This document shows positions 21,077 through 24,000 of a stretch of DNA of 24,000 bases, piece by piece. Below the pieces are notes generated by a model. It had not been told where the DNA came from, did not search any database, and worked only from the letters and a program-made list of their open reading frames with translations. Position 1 is the stretch's first letter, and the number at the start of each line of letters is the position of its first letter. Source of the DNA: Psychromonas ossibalaenae ATCC BAA-1528 (GTDB lineage Bacteria > Pseudomonadota > Gammaproteobacteria > Enterobacterales > Psychromonadaceae); contig NZ_KB906975.1 in the NCBI RefSeq assembly GCF_000381745.1, forward strand, positions 23,441 through 47,440, given 5' to 3'. Made by a program: the position numbers and the translations under genes.

Positions 21077-22207
21077 TTAAACTTTTCCTAGACTGCCTTT
21101 AAAGTCCTGGTAGCCGAACTCATTTAATAACTCAATCTGACCATTACGACGCTGATAATAAATACTCGGCATTTTCAGGCCGTTAAACCAGTTAAGTTTA
21201 ACCATGGTATAACCGGCGGAATCCATTAAATGCAGTTTCTGACCGATCTCAAGCGGCTGTTCGAACTGCGTTTCGCAGAACTGATCACCCGCTAAACATG
21301 AGCATGAGCCGATCACATAGGGAAATTTGCCCTGCTGCGCAGCTTCACGTACCGAAGCCGGTTCATTATAGATTAAGGTATCTAAGCGGTGCGCTTCGGT
21401 TGCGCTGTCTACGATCGCCGTTTTCTTGTCGTTTTCAACAATATCAATGACGCTGACCACTAAGTCGGTAGTGCGGGTAATAATCGCTTCACCGGGCTCT
21501 AAATAGAGTTGTATATTATGCTTTTTACTAAAGGCTTTTAATGCCAGTCCGAGTTTTTCAATAGGGTAACCAGGATAGGTAAAGAAGATACCACCGCCTA
21601 AACTTAACCATTTAAGCTCATTCAGATAGTCAGAAAAGGTTGCAGATATGTGATCTAAAATCGCGATAAAGGTGCCTGCATCTTTGTTTTCACAATTCAT
21701 ATGAAACATAAAACCATCAACTTTATCAAGAACTGAAATATCAAGCAGATCCTGTTTTACACCTAAACGTGAATACGGCCTTGCCGGGTTAGCTAAATCC
21801 TGTCCGGCAACACTGCGCTCCGGGTTAATACGCAGACCTAATGAAGCACTGTCTGCACAGGTCTTATAGTGCGCTTCAAGCTGCGACAGGGAGTTGAAGA
21901 TGATTTTATCGGCCAGCGGTTTAACTGTTTCGATATCCGCTTTTGAATAACCCACGCTGTAAGCATGTGTTTCACCGCCGAAGGTTTCATGACCTAATTT
22001 TACTTCATAAGGGCCGGAGCTGGTGGTGCCGTCTAAATAAGGCTTGATGGTATCGAAGGTGCCCCAGGTTGAAAAACATTTTAACGCTAAGACCAGTTTA
22101 GCCCCGGAAATTTCTTTAAGCTGCTTGGCTTTTTCAAGGTTTTCAATGAGCTTTGCTTCATCGATCATAAAGTAGGGGGTATTCAGATTCGTTTCATTAA
22201 CAATCAT
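21077..22207 (-). CDS. nspC: Carboxynorspermidine/carboxyspermidine decarboxylase
   Basis: 376 aa. N-terminal TPYFMIDE, a Gly-rich LSLGGGIFF motif and the overall layout are typical of the fold-III PLP decarboxylase NspC. It sits downstream of a CANSDH gene, as in Vibrio norspermidine operons. Confidence 0.85.
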   Translation of the reverse strand: MIVNETNLNTPYFMIDEAKLIENLEKAKQLKEISGAKLVLALKCFSTWGTFDTIKPYLDGTTSSGPYEVKLGHETFGGETHAYSVGYSKADIETVKPLADKIIFNSLSQLEAHYKTCADSASLGLRINPERSVAGQDLANPARPYSRLGVKQDLLDISVLDKVDGFMFHMNCENKDAGTFIAILDHISATFSDYLNELKWLSLGGGIFFTYPGYPIEKLGLALKAFSKKHNIQLYLEPGEAIITRTTDLVVSVIDIVENDKKTAIVDSATEAHRLDTLIYNEPASVREAAQQGKFPYVIGSCSCLAGDQFCETQFEQPLEIGQKLHLMDSAGYTMVKLNWFNGLKMPSIYYQRRNGQIELLNEFGYQDFKGSLGKV

Positions 22208-22228
22208 AGGGCAGTCTTTTTGCAGGTT

Positions 22229-22267
22229 GGAAAATAAAAAGAAGGCGAAGCGTTAACGCTTCGCCTT
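22229..22267 (-). terminator. Strong intra-operon hairpin with T-rich tail between the CANSDH and nspC genes
   Basis: AAGGCGAAGCG-TTAA-CGCTTCGCCTT is a perfect 11-bp stem. On the - strand it is followed by CTTTTTATTTTCC. It starts 17 nt after the CANSDH stop and ends ~20 nt before the nspC ATG. Confidence 0.6.
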
Positions 22268-22284
22268 AATGCTGTATTTGTTTA

Positions 22285-23502
22285 TTAAGCTTCTAACTCT
22301 TGAACCTGCCAGGTTAGACCGATACGCGGCATCAGATCTAAGAAGTGATCCGGATTAAGCTGTTCAACATTATAAAGACCTACATCACTCCATTTATTCT
22401 GGAAGTAAAGCAGGGCTGCTGTAATTGCCGGAACACCTGTGGTGTATGAGATAGCCTGGTGTTCAACTTCAATATACGACTCTTTATGGTCGCAAATATT
22501 GTAGATAAACACACTTTTCGCTTTACCCTCTTTTTTACCGCGAACCCAGGTACCGATACAGGTTTTACCCGTATAACCCGGTGCAAGAGAAGTCGGATCC
22601 GGCAGCATCGCTTTTAATACTTTAAGCGGTTCAACGGTAATGCCGTCAACGGTAGTAACCGGCTCAACATTTAATAAACCGATATCACGCATGACGTTAA
22701 AGTAGTTCAGGTAAGTATCAGAGAACCCCATCCAGAATTCGATACGTTTAGCTGGAATAAACTCAGCCATTGAACGTACTTCATCGTGTGCCATTGAGTA
22801 CACTTTCTGCTTGCCGACAACCGGGAAATCAAATTCCATCATACGGCTGTGACACGGCACGCTTTTCCATTCCTGGTTCTCGTAGTAGAACGAGTCGCCT
22901 TGAATTTCTAACATGTTGGTTTCAGGATCAAAGTTAGTAGCAAATTTTTGACCGTGGTCCCCGGCATTGACATCCATTACATCGATGCTGTCAATCTCAT
23001 CAAATAGATGTTTATGTGCGTAAGTTGCAAATACGCTCACTACACCCGGATCAAAACCGGCACCTAAAATACCTGTGATACCCGCTTCTTTAAAACGCTG
23101 TGCAAATGCCCATTGCGGATCGTAGGCTTCTGGAACCTGCTGCCCGGGGCTGCATAAATCAGTGGCAACAGACGTATCAAGATAAGCTGTTTTAGTCTGC
23201 ACACAGGCTTCCATAATTGCCACGTTTACCCAGGGAGGGCCGGCGTTAATTAACAGATCCGGTTTTACCTGGTTGATCAGTGCTACTAATGCTTCAACAT
23301 TATCTGCATCAATTTTTAATGCTTCCAGTTTCTTAGTGGTGTCTTTAAGGTTATTACGGCCTTTAATCGAAGTAATGATTTTTTCACACTTTGAAAGAGT
23401 ACGTGAAGCGATAGTGATATCACCAAATACATCATTGTTTTGCGCACATTTATGAGCAATAACCCAGCCGACGCCGCCGGCGCCAATTTGTAATACAGAC
23501 AT
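22285..23502 (-). CDS. Carboxynorspermidine synthase (carboxynorspermidine dehydrogenase, saccharopine dehydrogenase family)
   Basis: 405 aa. N-terminal Rossmann motif LQIGAGGVGWV. Length and context (between a DABA decarboxylase gene and nspC) match the Vibrio CANSDH gene. Confidence 0.85.
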   Translation of the reverse strand: MSVLQIGAGGVGWVIAHKCAQNNDVFGDITIASRTLSKCEKIITSIKGRNNLKDTTKKLEALKIDADNVEALVALINQVKPDLLINAGPPWVNVAIMEACVQTKTAYLDTSVATDLCSPGQQVPEAYDPQWAFAQRFKEAGITGILGAGFDPGVVSVFATYAHKHLFDEIDSIDVMDVNAGDHGQKFATNFDPETNMLEIQGDSFYYENQEWKSVPCHSRMMEFDFPVVGKQKVYSMAHDEVRSMAEFIPAKRIEFWMGFSDTYLNYFNVMRDIGLLNVEPVTTVDGITVEPLKVLKAMLPDPTSLAPGYTGKTCIGTWVRGKKEGKAKSVFIYNICDHKESYIEVEHQAISYTTGVPAITAALLYFQNKWSDVGLYNVEQLNPDHFLDLMPRIGLTWQVQELEA

Positions 23503-23503
23503 G

Positions 23504-24000
23504 TTATAAAGCCTTATTAGTTAGTAATTTTGCATGAGATTCGATTTTTGCAAATAACGAATCAAAATCGCTTAATGTTAAACACGGGTTTAACAGAGTA
23601 AATTTAAGATACAATTTGCCGTTAACTTTGGTTTCTGCGATAACCGCATCGCCGCTGGTTAACAGCTGCAGACGCAATGTCTGATGCAGTTGATTGAACT
23701 CACCGCTGCTAAGTGAACCTTGGTAGTGACTGCTTAAACGGAACAAAACCGTTGACAGCAGCGGCTCACAACACAGTTCAAAATGATCATTTTCTTTGAC
23801 TGAATCTGCAACCTGTGCGCTTAGTTCGATTAATTTATCGTACATTTCACCCAGTGTTTGTGCGCCGACGCTTTTTAGGGTCATAAACATTTTCAGAGCA
23901 TCAAAACGCTTGGTGGTTGCGATACTTTTATCAACCAGGTTAGGCAGCTCGTCACCTTCGCGGTTGAGATAATCGGCATGATAAAGCAGACTGCTAAAGT
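23504..24000 (-). CDS. L-2,4-diaminobutyrate decarboxylase (group II PLP decarboxylase), C-terminal part; the 5' end lies right of the window
   Basis: The reading frame stays open from the window edge (…FSSLLYHADYLNREGDELPNLVDKSIATTKRFDALKMFMTLKSVG…), upstream of the internal Met chosen by the ORF track. The sequence is typical of the C-terminal region of group II decarboxylases. Its stop is 1 nt from the CANSDH start. Confidence 0.7.
   Translation of the reverse strand, partial: FSSLLYHADYLNREGDELPNLVDKSIATTKRFDALKMFMTLKSVGAQTLGEMYDKLIELSAQVADSVKENDHFELCCEPLLSTVLFRLSSHYQGSLSSGEFNQLHQTLRLQLLTSGDAVIAETKVNGKLYLKFTLLNPCLTLSDFDSLFAKIESHAKLLTNKAL

Overview
This looks like a chromosomal window from a moderately AT-rich, marine-type gammaproteobacterium. 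The taxon is inferred from gene content only, and no searches were run. There are three blocks.

1. 1-2757: a dedicated Gram-negative sortase pair (a VIT/vWA protein with an LPQTG sorting signal, plus a class GN sortase), followed by an orphan type IV pilin-like gene.

2. 2824-21000: an expanded, rearranged homologue of the E. coli ygjH-ebgR-ebgA-ebgC-ygjI-ygjJ-ygjK neighbourhood.
- Present in two copies each: the LacI/EbgR-like repressor, the YgjI-like APC transporter and the GH63 YgjK-like glucosidase (both with lipoprotein signals).
- Present once: the GH2 EbgA-like beta-galactosidase with EbgC, the YgjJ-like outer-membrane protein and the YgjH-like tRNA-binding-fold protein.

3. 21077-24000: a norspermidine biosynthesis operon (3' end of a diaminobutyrate decarboxylase gene, carboxynorspermidine synthase, carboxynorspermidine decarboxylase).

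I saw no rRNA, tRNA, CRISPR array, transposase or recognisable defence gene.

The least explained stretch is a 1.73 kb ORF-poor island (5206-6937). It sits exactly where ygjJ lies in the canonical gene order. It carries strand-biased G-tracts, a candidate 34-aa hydrophobic small ORF with its own terminator-like hairpin, and stem-loops whose T-tract faces the + strand.

Other points worth follow-up:
- Recurrent GTTTTA(C/G)TAAA and AAAAATGTGA motifs confined to the promoter regions of the ebg/ygj locus.
- A perfect 38-bp palindrome.
- A speculative functional model for the locus, in which the substrate is a glycosylated amino compound.
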